From assembly GCF_009914755.1 (NCBI RefSeq), contig NC_060927.1: a DNA stretch of 64,000 nucleotides; one strand, written 5' to 3'. Source of the stretch: the human T2T-CHM13v2.0 reference genome, Homo sapiens. Positions 50,001-64,000 of the stretch are shown piece by piece (within the stretch, counting starts at the first letter, position 1; every line of letters begins with the position of its first letter). The notes under the pieces were generated by a model. The model saw only the letters and a list, made by a program, of their open reading frames with translations, was not told where the DNA came from and ran no database searches. The position numbers and the translations under genes were made by a program.

Positions 50001-52709
50001 CTCCTTGTACTCTCATTGAGAAGATACTGATTTGCAGATTCAGTTGTCCTTCTCTAACAGACTATTTATGTAATATTGCAGTTGTGATTGTGATAGGTAA
50101 GTGGACCAGTCGGTTAAAATAAATACTCAGGTTTCACAAAAGGAAAATAATATGATTTGTGTTGATCTAAATGAGTATAGGAGTTAACTCCTATAGTTTT
50201 TCATCACTTAAACTCAGGGGAAAGTTCTTTATTTCCTCTGTTTACTTAAGAATGCTGCTTTTGTGTTTCATGCAAGACTGAGCTTGACTCAGTTTGAAAC
50301 CTAGGCTCATCTGTTGAGGCCTGAACCCTGCTGTCCTTGAAGTATGCATATAATTTGCTTCCTTCCTAAGGAAAAATAAGCTCTTGAAAGATAAAGTCAA
50401 TCACATTAGGAACCCATTTTTAGGGTTTAGCCACTTTTTTTTTTTTTTTTTTAACTCATGGGCATCTCTTCTGTTAAGAGACATTCCCCACTCTCCAAGT
50501 TTCCCTCAAGCCTGAAGCAGCAGAGTGAGTAGTGTTGGAGCATGTTTTCATTGCATGCTTGGGTCATGTTGAGTGCCCTCCAGTGGATATAGTATAATGC
50601 TTGTGATTTTTTTTTTTTTAATTCCAAACAAGTTTATGTGGGATATATTTAGGAATAGTTCTGATGAGGGAGAATCAACTAAGAAACCTTTGATTTCTAA
50701 AATAATTAATATCATTACTGCTAATTAAAATACAGGCTTGAGAAAATGTCTTCTCAGCCAATATTTGCAGTAGAAAAGTCGGGAGGTTTTTTAAGGTCAC
50801 TTTGAGTAGGCAGTTCTGCTTAAATATATCATAATGATAAACCAGAATCTCAGTATAGTACTTTAGGAGGTAAAAGATCATAATATTCAGTTATATTGAT
50901 GAATTACAGCAACTGAAATTCTCAGAAAAAAATTAATGAAAATGTGAATTGTCAATTTGTCTAAAATCATTCACAGAGTAAAACATAAGTGCTCAACTTG
51001 ATTATATTAGGAAATAGATAGAAATAAAGGTAATTGAGCCAGTGTATGTGACCTAAAATATAATGCCCTTAGTGACCATAGGGTTGGTCTCATTTGTACA
51101 TAGTGGTGGGCCATGATGAACTGTGTTTTGCCCTTTGAATTTTTCCTTAAAAAGCTTTCTCTAGGCTCCTATGTTCATGGTTTTTCTGTTAGTAATATTA
51201 TTTTCTGAAAATCCATGTTTCAAATCAGAATCTAATTAGCAACAGGAATGAAGCTTATTCTAAATTAGTTTTTGGAAGTTAAACGGTCAGCATATGGAAA
51301 TTTTTCAGGGTTTAGATTTTTAAAAATTTGTTTTTCAGAATATGTTGCTGGAATGAAAACGTTAGCGTAGGGACGGAAAATGACACTTACCAGTGATTGC
51401 TTTACTTTGCCTGTGGAATTCAGTGTAATTTTGTGGAAACATTGGTATATGATTTTTTACTACTTAAGAAATGTATTGCTATAGTTAGGGTTTTTTTTTT
51501 TTTAAAGGCAAGAATGCCTCAAGTGCTTTATGTGAATGATTATTTCAGGATGGATTAAATATTCCTCCATCAAGGACCATACTTGTAAATCAGTGATTTC
51601 CAAGTTGGTGCTTAGTATTTACAGCATTTACTGTCTATAAGCTTCTGTTCTGATTTTTCAAGAGTTTTCTGAGAAATGAGAGTAGGCTTAAAAGTTCTTT
51701 GAAAAATTATGTACATACAACTTACTGAAAAAAATTGCTACCGGGGACTTAATTTGTCTCTTGAAATGGGCTACTTGCCTTCATTAATGTAGCATACTAC
51801 AATTTGATGTTCAAGATATGTTACTAAGAATAAGATCGCTTTCAGAAGCCTTATATAGGATTGGTCTTACTACATTGTAGTGGGAATGGCTACTCAAATG
51901 TCTCCAGGGCCAGTTAGGTATTGGGTAAATGGGACCATGCAGACTATTAAAAATTGAAGTGCACATGAAGCAGCCAGTCATAAGCAGCTCCAGCCACTGT
52001 GTGGGAATATAGTTTATGTTGCCAGATCATCTGATTTCTTTCCCCTAAGTGGGAAATCCAGATCAATGTACATCTCTTGATTTGCAAGTGTTGGTGAACA
52101 AAATTCATATTTTAAGATGCTGTATTCAGCACAAATTAAATACACTTATTTGCTGAATACTGCCAGTTTGTCCCTCTGCAGTAGTACCATTTGAAGTACA
52201 GTGTTTTCATAATGATTCTGTGAAATGACTGGTTCTGTGAATGTACATAATTTAGCAGATAACATTGTTAAATTATTAGGTTTGTATTTATTTAGGCACT
52301 TGGGAAATGCCTTGTGTCAATTGATTATAGATTAGGAGCTTAAAAGCAAGATTTATATTATCAACTTATTTGTGAAGACTGGGAAACCCACATTTTTAAA
52401 GTTAGGAATTAAGATGGCCAGGTTCAAGGAAAAGGGGGAGAAGTAACTTTCTTATTACTCAACCATCTTAAATAGAGTTCTTTAAGTGTATTTTTAAGAG
52501 GTCTCAAAACTTAATCTGAAGGGACGTCAAATGCTGGACAAATTCTGTGTATACAACTCAAGTCAGCCCCCAATTTTACTGGTCTTTAAATCATGTCCTT
52601 TTTACCAGAAGTTTGCATTTCTAAGCTAAACTATTACTGTTAGACTAGATCCAAAACTTAAAAACAGTTTAGGTAATTAAAAATTAATTGAATATAAACG
52701 TTTTACTTA

Positions 52710-53099
<390 letters not shown>

Positions 53100-56000
53100 T
53101 CAAACTCCGTGTTTAAGTGACTGGAGTGAAAATGTAAATCATAGGCCGGTGTTGGTTTAAAAAGCATCATCTGAAAATAATGCTGTAGTCTGCAATTATT
53201 TTTATTACGATACGATGGTGTAAAATACAAGCAGATCAGTGAACCATTCATGAAACATTAATCCTAAAGGCGTCTCACCCCAAGTCTATCCCACAATCTC
53301 CATGAGACTTCGTGGAACCACTGTAAAGTTTCTTGTGTAATATCCCAGAAGTTTCCTACCTCTGGTATCTTTTGAACTTGTTGAAAAGGCTTTTCCACCC
53401 CCTCTTTATGATGGTTTGAAGAGTGTGAACATCTGAATGATGCTGGGGTGAAACTGCTTCATAACACTTCCATTTTCTCCCCTATTTATTTCCATATTTT
53501 TATTTTTTCACTAATATCCCCACGGTTTTACTTCTGTTTTAGTAATTCACATGTTGCTGGACTAATTCTTTTTAACTGACTTGTAACAGATATGTTAAAC
53601 CGTTTAAAACTTGGGGGGTATTTTTAACCTACTTTAAGTTAGTTCAAGTTAATCAGTCTACATGGCATATAAACCTTATGATTAATAAATCTTAAATGCT
53701 GGTAGCTGAGTTGGAAGCCAAAGACGTACAAAAAAGCTGAAGTGTTAGGTTTAGTGTGATAAGCTTCTCTTACTAACAGGGTTTTGTAATAGCAGAAATA
53801 GATATATGCATATATATGTGCATATATATAGCATACCTTATTGGATGTCCATATAAAAATGTGTAAGAAGTTAAATTTACTGCAAAATTTCTTGGGAGTG
53901 CAATTTGAAGATGATCTTAAGTGGTGATAGTAGTTTGCTACACTGGGGGATAGTTGTTGCAAACTGCTCCTAATTTTCCTTTACTGTGAAGTAAACTGAA
54001 CAGCTGTAATAGGGATTAGGAACTGTACTCCCTCTCTCTCTTTTTTAAGTATAATTAAGTGGTTTTGGGGTAAGGGTGTAGGGAGTGAGTGTCTTTGAAG
54101 TTTTGCATATACTAGATGAATGCCACATGTATAAGGGAGGAACAAGGGATTCTTGGAAATATTTTTCAATCCAAGTAACTTTGGAGGCTTCCAAGTGGAG
54201 TTCATTCCCCTGTGTAGGAAAGTGCTGGGGTAGACCCTTAAATTCCTTTCTGAGCCATTGAAAGAATGTCCTCAAACTTCGCTTATACTTTATAGTTCAT
54301 TTAGATACAAAAGTTACAAACTGAATGCTATTTAGGAAACGTAATACACTGACATACCGCTCTTTAAATAGATTATAAATTTAGTATATCAATTTTCTGG
54401 CATTTTGCTGAATTTTATTGTTTAGTTTTCAAGCCCAACTATCTTGTTACTTTGTATATCGTAGTTGTCCCCCGTTGATCACTGTTTCCTGCTTAATTGT
54501 GCTGTCGTTTTTCCTGGGTCCTGATTCAGAGTGTCAGCATTCTGTTCCCCATAGAATAAGAAGAGGCTAGAAAGTTTACAGATGAGATATCTAGGAATGC
54601 CAGAAGATCAGGGGTCACCGTTGAGGCAGAGTAATTAATTATGGTTAAAATGGTGTTGCTGATAAGTGGGTGCTGGGAAATAATTAAAATTTGATTTTTT
54701 AGAAGAATACTTCTCATGCTTGAAGAGCGCCCTCATTATATGCTAAAGGGCCTCAGGTTTTTCCTTATTGCCATTATGCTGCAGATTCTATTACATTTGT
54801 CTGAAAAGATCTAAGACAGAAGGGCTGTTTAATACCTTCCCTTTTCTCCTGAACTTCCCCTCTCCTCTCCCCCATCAGGAGCTAAGTAGGAACCCCTTCA
54901 CCTTGTTACCATCAGATTTCATCAATGGTCTGTCTTTACAATGAAGGAAGTAGTACTGCATTCTGGGCAGAGGCCAGTCCTGAGGCATGCCTTTTCAAGG
55001 ACATTGTTACTTTAGTTACACTGGCTCTTCTGTTTTAACTCTTATCCCCCAGACTCTAATCCTGTTGCTTTTTTTGGTCCCCATCTCCCACCTTTCATCA
55101 TCTGAAATCCATTCATTGTAACTTCTGGAACTCAGTCGTTAGAAAATCCTTTATATTCTCAATCTTGTGAATGTTCCTTTCTTTCTTATTCCAGCTGTAA
55201 CCTAGCCTTCTCCCCAAGAATGCTACTTCCCTTGCAGCTCTCTCAAGTGGTGAATTTTTCCCTTCTTGCACACCTTATAACACTGAACTAGGAGGTGTGT
55301 GGACTAAATGTCTGCTTTTGTTCCTTATTGTCACTTCTTGACCTTTATTTTCCAAAACTTCAAGCTTTGACTTTCATGTGATCAAATTATACCACCCACT
55401 GCCTGTCTTTATTTCAAGCACCTGCAAACCTTCCTGGGTCATTCACATCCTTCTTTGTTCACTTCATTAGCTCTTGGCTCATTGTCACTGTCTCTTATTT
55501 CTGTCATAATTCTTGGTGACATCAGTATCTATGTAGAGCAATACTAGTGAAGATGTGGTCTGGTAACTGTTACCTGTATGAATTAAGATAAGGAGTTATG
55601 CCAGAATATAAGTCACCTGTGTCACTAAGTTTACTGTTTAGCTTACTTTTTTTGTAGCAAGATTTTGATGAAGGACGCAATATGTTGATTTACAGTCTGG
55701 TACAAATTTTGATGTAGAAGATGCTTCCAATATCCTGGTCTCTTAGTTCCTTGATTTCTTCTCCAGTGATCTTATTTTCTACCCTAACTCAACTACATAT
55801 TCCCATTGTCATATCCTAGAATATTTTGTCTTTTATCTGTAACTCTGCTCTCTTCCCCCAATCTCATTTCAAGCATCCCACTTTCTAATTCCTCTAGTAA
55901 ATACGTCAGTTCCAACAGCCCATCAATCCCATTGGGACCTACAGTTTATCTATCCAAGCTTTTCCCTGTTCCTCACCCTCACTTCTATACAGCTGAAGTT

Positions 56001-57568
56001 TCATACTGAATTATAATCACTTTCTCGTATACACGTTTAACAATCTTGTCCCTCCCTGGCTTCATGCCCAGTGATCTCTTGTATCTATGACCATGTCCTT
56101 TATCTTCTCCTCTGTCACTGGATGAACTGTAGCCTTCCAAGATAAGGCCACTCAGTTCATTTGTACAGCAGATTCCATCCCCTCTTGCTCTCAAGAATAT
56201 TACTGTGGTATCTCTCTTTTCTTGTCTCTACTGGCTCTTTCCATGAGCAAACATGGTATTATCCCATTACAAAAAAAATTTTTTCTCCGTCTCTCCTTCC
56301 ACTCACCACCTCAGTCTCTGCTTCTCTTTCCCGCAAAATAACCTTGAAAAATTGCTTTATGTACTCCCGTTTTCTTTTGAACCCCTGCCAGTGACCACCA
56401 CGTTATAAATTTGTAGTTGTCATCTCACTTAATCTGTTAGTAGTATTTGGCACCATTGCTACAGTTGCTTGAAATGCCTTTTCATTGGTTTCCAGGCCAC
56501 CATGTCTGTTAGCAGCTTTTCCTCTTACTTCACTAGCATTTCCTTCTTTGTTTTTTCTGTTATCTTTCTGACCTCTGTTGGAGTGGCTGAAGGTTTAGTC
56601 CTTGAATCTTTTTTTGTTGTGCATATTTACTCCAGTATCATAGCTTTATACAGATGGTATTTACATCTGTTTGCTAACGATTTCCAAATTGGTATCCTTA
56701 AACTGGTATCCAGCTATTTTTTGGTCAGCATTTTGGATGTCTAAGAAGCTTCTCAAACTAAACTGACCTCCCGGTTTTCCCCAAAGCTGCATCTTAGTCT
56801 TTTCCGAAATGCAATTCTGTCTTTCCAGTTACCTAGCTTAAAAGCTTGCAGTTCTTGACTCATCTTTCTCTCATACCACGTATCTGAATTCTCTCTGCAA
56901 AAAATTGTCTGTTCTCCCTTCAGAATAAAGTCACGTGTCATTTTATGATGGGGATACATTCAGAAATGCGTCATTAGGAGATAATCATGGTTGTGTGAAC
57001 ATCAGAGTATACATAGACAAACCTAGATGGTATAGCCTACTACACATCTAGGCTATATGGTGTGGCCAATTACTATGATGAATACTGTAGGTAATTGTAA
57101 CATAAAGGTAGGTATTTTTATCTAAACGTATTGAAACATAGAAAAAGTACAGTAAAAAATATGGTATCAAAAATAAAAAATGGTACAACTGTATAAGGCA
57201 GTTGTGATGAATGGAGCTTGCAGGATATGTTGCTCTGGGTGAGTCAGCGAGTGACGATTGAGGGAACGTGAAAGATGTGGGACATCACTGTACACTACTG
57301 TAGACTTTATAAACACTGTACACTTGGGCTACACTACATTTTTGTAAGGTTTTAAAAGACTTTTTTCTATAATAAACCTTAAATTACTGTCACTTTTTTA
57401 CTTTATGAATTCTTAATTTTTTAAACGTTTTCACTCTTGTAATAACACGTAGCTTAAAACATACATTGTACAGCTGTACAAAAATTTTCTTTATATCTTT
57501 ATAAGCTTTTTTATATTTTTAAAATTACTTTTTACCTTTTAGCTTTTTTGTTGAAAAACTAAGACATG

Positions 57569-57866
<298 letters not shown>

Positions 57867-58178
57867 AAAAACTAAGACATGAACACATTAGCCTAGGCCT
57901 ACAGAGGGTCAGGATCATCAGTATCACTGTATTTCCATCTCCACATCTTGTCCTTCTGGAATGTCTTCAGAGGCAGTAAACATAAATGGAGCTGCCACCT
58001 CCTGTGATAACAGTGCCTTCTGGAATACCTCTTGAAGGACCTACCTGTGGCTGTTTTATAGTTAACTTTTTTTTTTTAAGAAGTAACAGAAGGAGTACAC
58101 TCTAATGATAAAAAGTATAGTAAGTACATAAACCTGTAACAATCATTATCATTATCAAGTGTCATGTACTGGACATAA

Positions 58179-58508
<330 letters not shown>

Positions 58509-58780
58509 TGAAGCACAGTAAACCTACTGTGGTTTCGTTTACACCAGCATCACCACAAACACCATGAGTAGAACATTGTGCTGCGACGTTAACGATGGCT
58601 ACAACATCACTAGGTGATAGGAATTTTTCAGCTCCATTATAATCTTATGAGACCACTGTTGTATGTGCAGTTCATCATCCACTGAAATGTCCTTATGTGA
58701 TGCATGTCTTCATATCCAAAAATATTAATCATTTCTCACTGAAGCCATGCCATGCCATGCCATCTTTTGCCTGTATTATT

Positions 58781-59213
58781 ATTTTTCAGCTTTTATTTTA
58801 GATTCAGGGTGTACATGTGCAGGTTTGTTAGAAAGAGTATATCGTATGATGCTGAAGTTTGGGATACAGTTGAACCAGTCACCCAGGTAGTGAGCATAGT
58901 ACTCAATAGATAACGTTCTAACATTACTCCTCCTTCCCTCCCTGTTCTTGTCTCTGTCTATTGTATCTTTATGTCCATGTGTACCAAATGTTTAGCTCAT
59001 TCTTGTGAGAACATGTGGCATTTGATTTTGTTTCTGTGTTAATTTGCTTACAATAAATAGTCTCCAGCTGCATCCACATTGCTACAAAGGACATGATTTT
59101 GTTCTTTTTTATAGGCTGCATCATATTCCATGGTGTATAGGTACCACATTTTCTTGATCCAGTCTACCGTTCATGGGCATTTGGGTTGATTGTATCTTTG
59201 CTATTATGGATGG
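58781..59213 (-). mobile_element. 5'-truncated L1 (old L1PA/L1PB) 3' end
   Basis: ttttagattcagggtgtacatgtgcaggtttgtta ... cacccaggtagtgagcatagtac ... tattccatggtgtata; 17-bp TSD cttttgcctRtattatt (58764-58780, 59214-59230). Confidence 0.88.
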
Positions 59214-60184
59214 CTTTTGCCTATATTATTGGAAAGGCCTTCTAACTGGTGTCCCTGCTTACACCGTTTTCCCCCTTAAATGTGTTTTCAACATGGTAGC
59301 CAGAGTAACCCTTTTTATAACAATAAATCGTGTAACTTTTTTGTTCAGAAACTTACAGGGCTTACCATTTCATTCAGTAAAAGCTCAAGCTCCTGTATAG
59401 TCAGACCATATCCTTCATCACCTGTTACTTTTCTCCTCTGACTCTTCAGCCTTTTTGTTTTTCCTCAAACTGATGAAGCCTTCATGGCTGATGTCAGATG
59501 TTTTGCCCATTGAGATCTTCCTTGTTGACTCAGTTGCACTTGGTCATATGATTTTCATTTATTTGGGGTATCTAATCATAATCTGAAAGTTGGCTACTTA
59601 TTTTTACCCCTTTGAGGGTCCTTGCCCTGTTTTTGTATCCCTGATAGCGGGACAGCCAGATATCTGGAACTTACAGGTGTTCAATAAAGTTTTGTTGAAT
59701 GAATATTCTGGAATCACCCAACCTTTTTTTTCCCCTCCACTTATTTTTCTTCTCCCTTTCACGGCCTGAAAGATGTCCTATGTATATGGTTCCACTTATC
59801 ACTCTCATCCCAGTTTGTGATATACTATTCCATTATATTACTATTATTAATACAATTCCATTGAACTTGCTCTTGCTGACTTCACCACTGGACCTACATG
59901 TTGGCCAAATGGATACTTTATAATTTTAGTCTTGACCCCTGCCTTTGGCACATTTCTTACCTCTAGCACAGCACTGTCCAGTAATCCACACTTTCTGAGA
60001 CAGTGGAAATGTTCAGTATCTGTGCTGTTCAGTTGGTAGCAACCAGCTACCCATGCCTATTAAACATTTGAAATGTGGCTGTGTGACTAGTGGCAATTAT
60101 GTTGGAGAGTACAGTTTTAGAAACTCCTGTTTTTCTTACATGGCACTACATTTAGTATCACAATCTAATTGTGCAAGCCAGATA

Positions 60185-60975
60185 GGTAGGAGTCATCTTT
60201 ATTCCTGTTATTTAATTTTTCTCATCTACTATATCCAGTTCATCACATCAACAGCGCCTGTTGTTTCTACCTCCTAAATATTTCTTTAGTCTAACTACTA
60301 CTTGTCCCTAGTGCCACCACCATCTATCAGCTGGAATATTGCTATAGCTGCCTTACAGGTTTCCCTTCTTTCCTGTTCTCTTCTAGTTTTTTGAATTTTA
60401 GTCAGCACGAGATTTTAAAAACTCAAATAAGATTGTGTTATTCACCTGCTTAAAACCTTTCATGACTTTCAGTGTCACGTAGAACAGAAAACACTTTTCT
60501 TACCAAAGGCTAGAGAGCTCTACGTGATCTGGCTATTTTTAACGTTTCATTGCACTCACCCTTTTCCTCTATAATCAAACTACTCTGATCTCAAGGGTTA
60601 GTTCTTGAAAGATGATCATGTTCTTTAATGACTTTAGGTTTTTGTGTGTTATTTTCTATTTCTGGGATGTTTATTCTCTGTTCCTTACATGCTGGCCCTT
60701 TTGCATCCTTCTTCAGGTCTCAGCTTACATGTTACCTTCAAGAAGCCTTTGACCACTCTAAGTGGGCCCTTCCTTCCACTTCTGCTGTGTAATCCCACTC
60801 CCTTCTCCCACTTGTTAATTAGTTACATACTTTTTTGTAATTGTTTATTTGGTTGCTGTCTCCCTCTCAAGAATGCAGGGACCATGTCTGCATTCTGCAG
60901 TAATCACTACTGCACACCCAGAATCTATTACAGATCCTGGCATGTAGCTGATGCATAAATATTTGTTGAATGAAA
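60185..60975 (+). mobile_element. L2 LINE 3' fragment
   Basis: ggagtcatctttattcc ... ttctacctcctaaatat ... cctgcttaaaacctt ... cctggcatgtagctgatgcataaatatttgttgaatgaa. Confidence 0.7.
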
Positions 60976-62105
60976 GTCTGTACATTGTATTTATGCTATT
61001 GGTATTGCTATGACCTGAAACTAAAAGGAGTTGTGGAAAAGATTTCTTATGGAACAGAAATATCCCTTTTGATTAATATCACAATCTCGTAAATTGAGAA
61101 AACAAAAAAATATATACTACTGGAGCATTCATGTATAGTTGGAGATTATGACTCATTTATTGGTGTGTTTTTGGACTCAGAACAAAGATGAGGGAATATT
61201 CCTTAAAGCTCTGTATTGAAATAACGAAAAGCAGTCACATTTTAATAATAGAAGCTTCCTAGCGTACTCTTTCTGTAATCTTCTTTTCCTAAATGTAAGA
61301 GAGCCTCATAATTATGAGGCTTATTACTAGAGTAAGGCTGTCAAAGGCAGCAAAATGTCTTTCTGTTTGGAAGAATAACATAAACTTGACATGTATGGTG
61401 GGGGACAGAAGGTTTCAAAAGTTTAAGAATCTGTGTTGTCTTAACAAATAGATGCTTCTCAAGGAGCTTACGCTAGTGGTTACTCTGTCCAGTCAGGGTT
61501 TTTTCTTCTTTAACTTGGGTTCATTTCCTGATGGCACACATGAAGTTTGGATCATATGGTTTGACTTTAGCTATGGTCCTTAGCTATGGGGAGCAGCATC
61601 AGCGACCTGTGACATGTAAATTAAAAATACAATGCCAGGGCCCTTCCCCAGCCCCTCTGATAGAGAACCTCTTGGCCATCTGTATTTTTAGATGTTCCAG
61701 GTTAGTCTGATTAACACCCTTGGTTAAGAACCATTGGGAGGATCTGATTGCCAGTTTAAGGGGACCTTCAAGCCTGTAGGTCTTTATAGTTAAAAAAAAA
61801 AAAAAGATTTTAAAAATCATGCATATGTTGTGGCTGAATTCTGGTTTAGCACATACTGCTTTTAATGGCCTGAAATGTTTTTCCCAAATAAATTGTCTTG
61901 TTATAGCTTTCATGTGTGATTTGGTCCAGCTTCTTGTTTTGAAGATACTTACGGGGGGGAACACTTTGTGATTTCTCTTAGTAACATATTAACCCACTTA
62001 AAAACCCTTTCTATTACAGGTCTTCACATTTAGGCTTAATGTGCTTAATTCAAATGTAAAAATACACCTGCCTTTGTTCTCAGTGAAAGTATGTAATAAA
62101 TAAAT

Positions 62106-62417
62106 GAGGGGTTGGCAAACTACTGCCCACCATCTGTTTTTTTATGGCCTATGAACTAAGAATCGTTTTGGATAGCTAAAAAAAAAAATCAAAAGGATAA
62201 TTATTTTGTGACGTGAAAATTATATGAAATTCAAATTTCAGTTTCTGTGAATGAAGTTTTAATGGAACACAGCCATCCATGCTTATGTAAGTGTGCATAT
62301 TCTCTGGCTGTTTTCACTGCAATAGCAGAGTTGAGTAGTTGTGACAAAGAGTTTATGGCCCACAAAACCTAAAATATTTACTTTCTGATGCTTTACAGAA
62401 AAAGTTTCCTGAACCTT
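62106..62417 (+). mobile_element. MER58B-like hAT-Charlie element
   Basis: ggggttggcaaact ... atgaaattcaaatttcagt ... agcagagttgagtagttgtgaca ... ggcccacaaaacctaaaatatttact ... ctttacagaaaaagttt. Confidence 0.8.
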
Positions 62418-62493
62418 ATTCTAGCTATATGTTGTTCATAAATGAATCTTTCGTGGTTCTGAAGGCATTTAAGAATCTCTTAGGTTATAAATT

Positions 62494-62801
62494 GGCTGGG
62501 CGCAGTGGCTCACGCCTGTAATCCCAGCACTTTGGGAGGCCGAGGCTGGTGGATCACGAGGGCAGGAGTTCAAGATCAGCCTAGCCAAGATGGTGAAACC
62601 CTGTCTCCATTAAAAAAAAAAAAAAAAAAAAAAAATAGCTGGGGTTGGTGGTGGGCAGTAATCCCAGCTACTCGGGAGGCTGAGGCAGAGAATTGCTTAA
62701 ACCCAGGAGGCGGAGGATGCAGTGAGCCAAGATCGCGCCACTGCACTCCAGCCTGGGCAACAGAGTGAAACACCATCTCAAAAAAAAAAAAAAAAAAAAA
62801 A
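62494..62801 (+). mobile_element. Full-length Alu (AluS-like) with expanded middle A-tract
   Basis: Both arms; 24-A linker 62612-62635; TSD ctcttaggttataaat (62477-62492, 62804-62819). Confidence 0.93.
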
Positions 62802-64000
62802 CACTCTTAGGTTATAAATAATTGTTGTTAGCTCTCCAAGCCTCCATATTACATTTTGTGTGTTCTCCTGTTCACATTTTGAGCATTTTATTTTTTATTA
62901 GCACATTCAGTTCATCAGGTATTTAAGAGCTTAATATATGCCAAAGCATATATTAAGCGAGAAGCTGTTTCTAAATGTACTGTCTCAGCCCTCACAGAGT
63001 TCACTTCATTAGGCTCTTTAAAATTTCTTTCTTTAAAAGGTCAGCGTGCTGGTATAGTGGGGAAGGGAAACTCTTACAACACGTCGAGTAGAGGAAGGTT
63101 ATCATTATGGGATATAATTTGGAAGTCATTGAGTACCTGCCATTAATTCTGCCTGTAGTCTGAATGTAGAGATTAACATGTAGAAACTTTTTTGAAATAA
63201 AATCTTCAATTTCTTTGGCATATCTAGTACTGTCTAGCTAGGCATATAGTCAAAGTATGGTGTATATTTCAAGTATTAAAAGTTTTTTTGGGCTGTAGTC
63301 ACTGTTGAAAGGATATAGTTCTTTACTATTACATGTGATACCTTTATATAAAATTGGCTAACCCCTGTCTTTCATTTATCTGCAACACTGACTGTTACCA
63401 GTTGTCTCTAACTTTGGTATGGGGGGTGGAAATATGATTAGATTGAAAGGGTACATGACTGAGCCACAAGCAGACCTGGATTTGAATTTTAACTGAACGG
63501 TTTATTAGCTATTCTTACATTAATACTGCTAATCAGTTTTCTTGTGATATGAGGAATGATGTCTTCTTTATGAGGTTGCTAGGAAGATTCAATGAGATAA
63601 CATACTAGGCTCAGAACTGAAGTTGCTAGGAATTTAATTATGCTACCTTGTTAAAGTATGTCAAAGGCAGAATTCAGTGTTTAGCTGATACCACAAGGCA
63701 GTATCCTAAAATTATGCTGTAAAAGATATAAAGATGCTGTAAGTGACTCAGAAACCTAGTGACTTTGTAATGCAGTTGATTCTTAGAATACTGTCACTTT
63801 AACAGAATAGGAGCTAGGAATGAAGAAATAGTTATTAAATTACTAAAATAGAAAATTTATTGACACATGTAAAGTGACATTTGCTTAAATATTGAAAAAT
63901 TTGTAGTACTATTTCCTTGCTTTAGAAAACATTGGTTACCACTTTTTTTATTTATAGCAGTTTGTTTTTGCCTTGAGGCAAGATGGTTGACTGAGTAGTT

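Overview
Primate (most likely human) genomic DNA with no protein-coding exon. The main landmark is a CpG-island promoter at about 46.06-47.57 kb whose first exon (46904-47069, + strand) I recognise from memory as the non-coding exon 1 of CTNNB1 (beta-catenin, 3p22.1). The window therefore holds about 47 kb of upstream sequence and the first 17 kb of intron 1; the ATG-containing exon 2 lies beyond the window. The rest is the usual Alu/MIR/L1/L2/LTR/DNA-transposon mosaic, with a repeat-poor zone at about 40-53 kb. Structures not explained by repeat families: (1) a nested inverted-duplication complex at 16.8-19.5 kb, whose arms share a ~200-bp near-identical core even though one arm carries an old Alu and the other the empty pre-insertion site; (2) a ~112-bp inverted templated insertion inside an Alu monomer at 30.9/31.3 kb; (3) a candidate upstream CTNNB1 promoter with two exons (42.2-43.1 kb) that splice into one open frame from a strong-Kozak ATG, either a uORF or possibly an alternative beta-catenin N-terminus; (4) motif clusters resembling enhancers at 15.8-16.8 kb and 24.2-25.3 kb. 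Repeat subfamily names and CTNNB1 exon 2/3 sequence are recalled, not database-checked.
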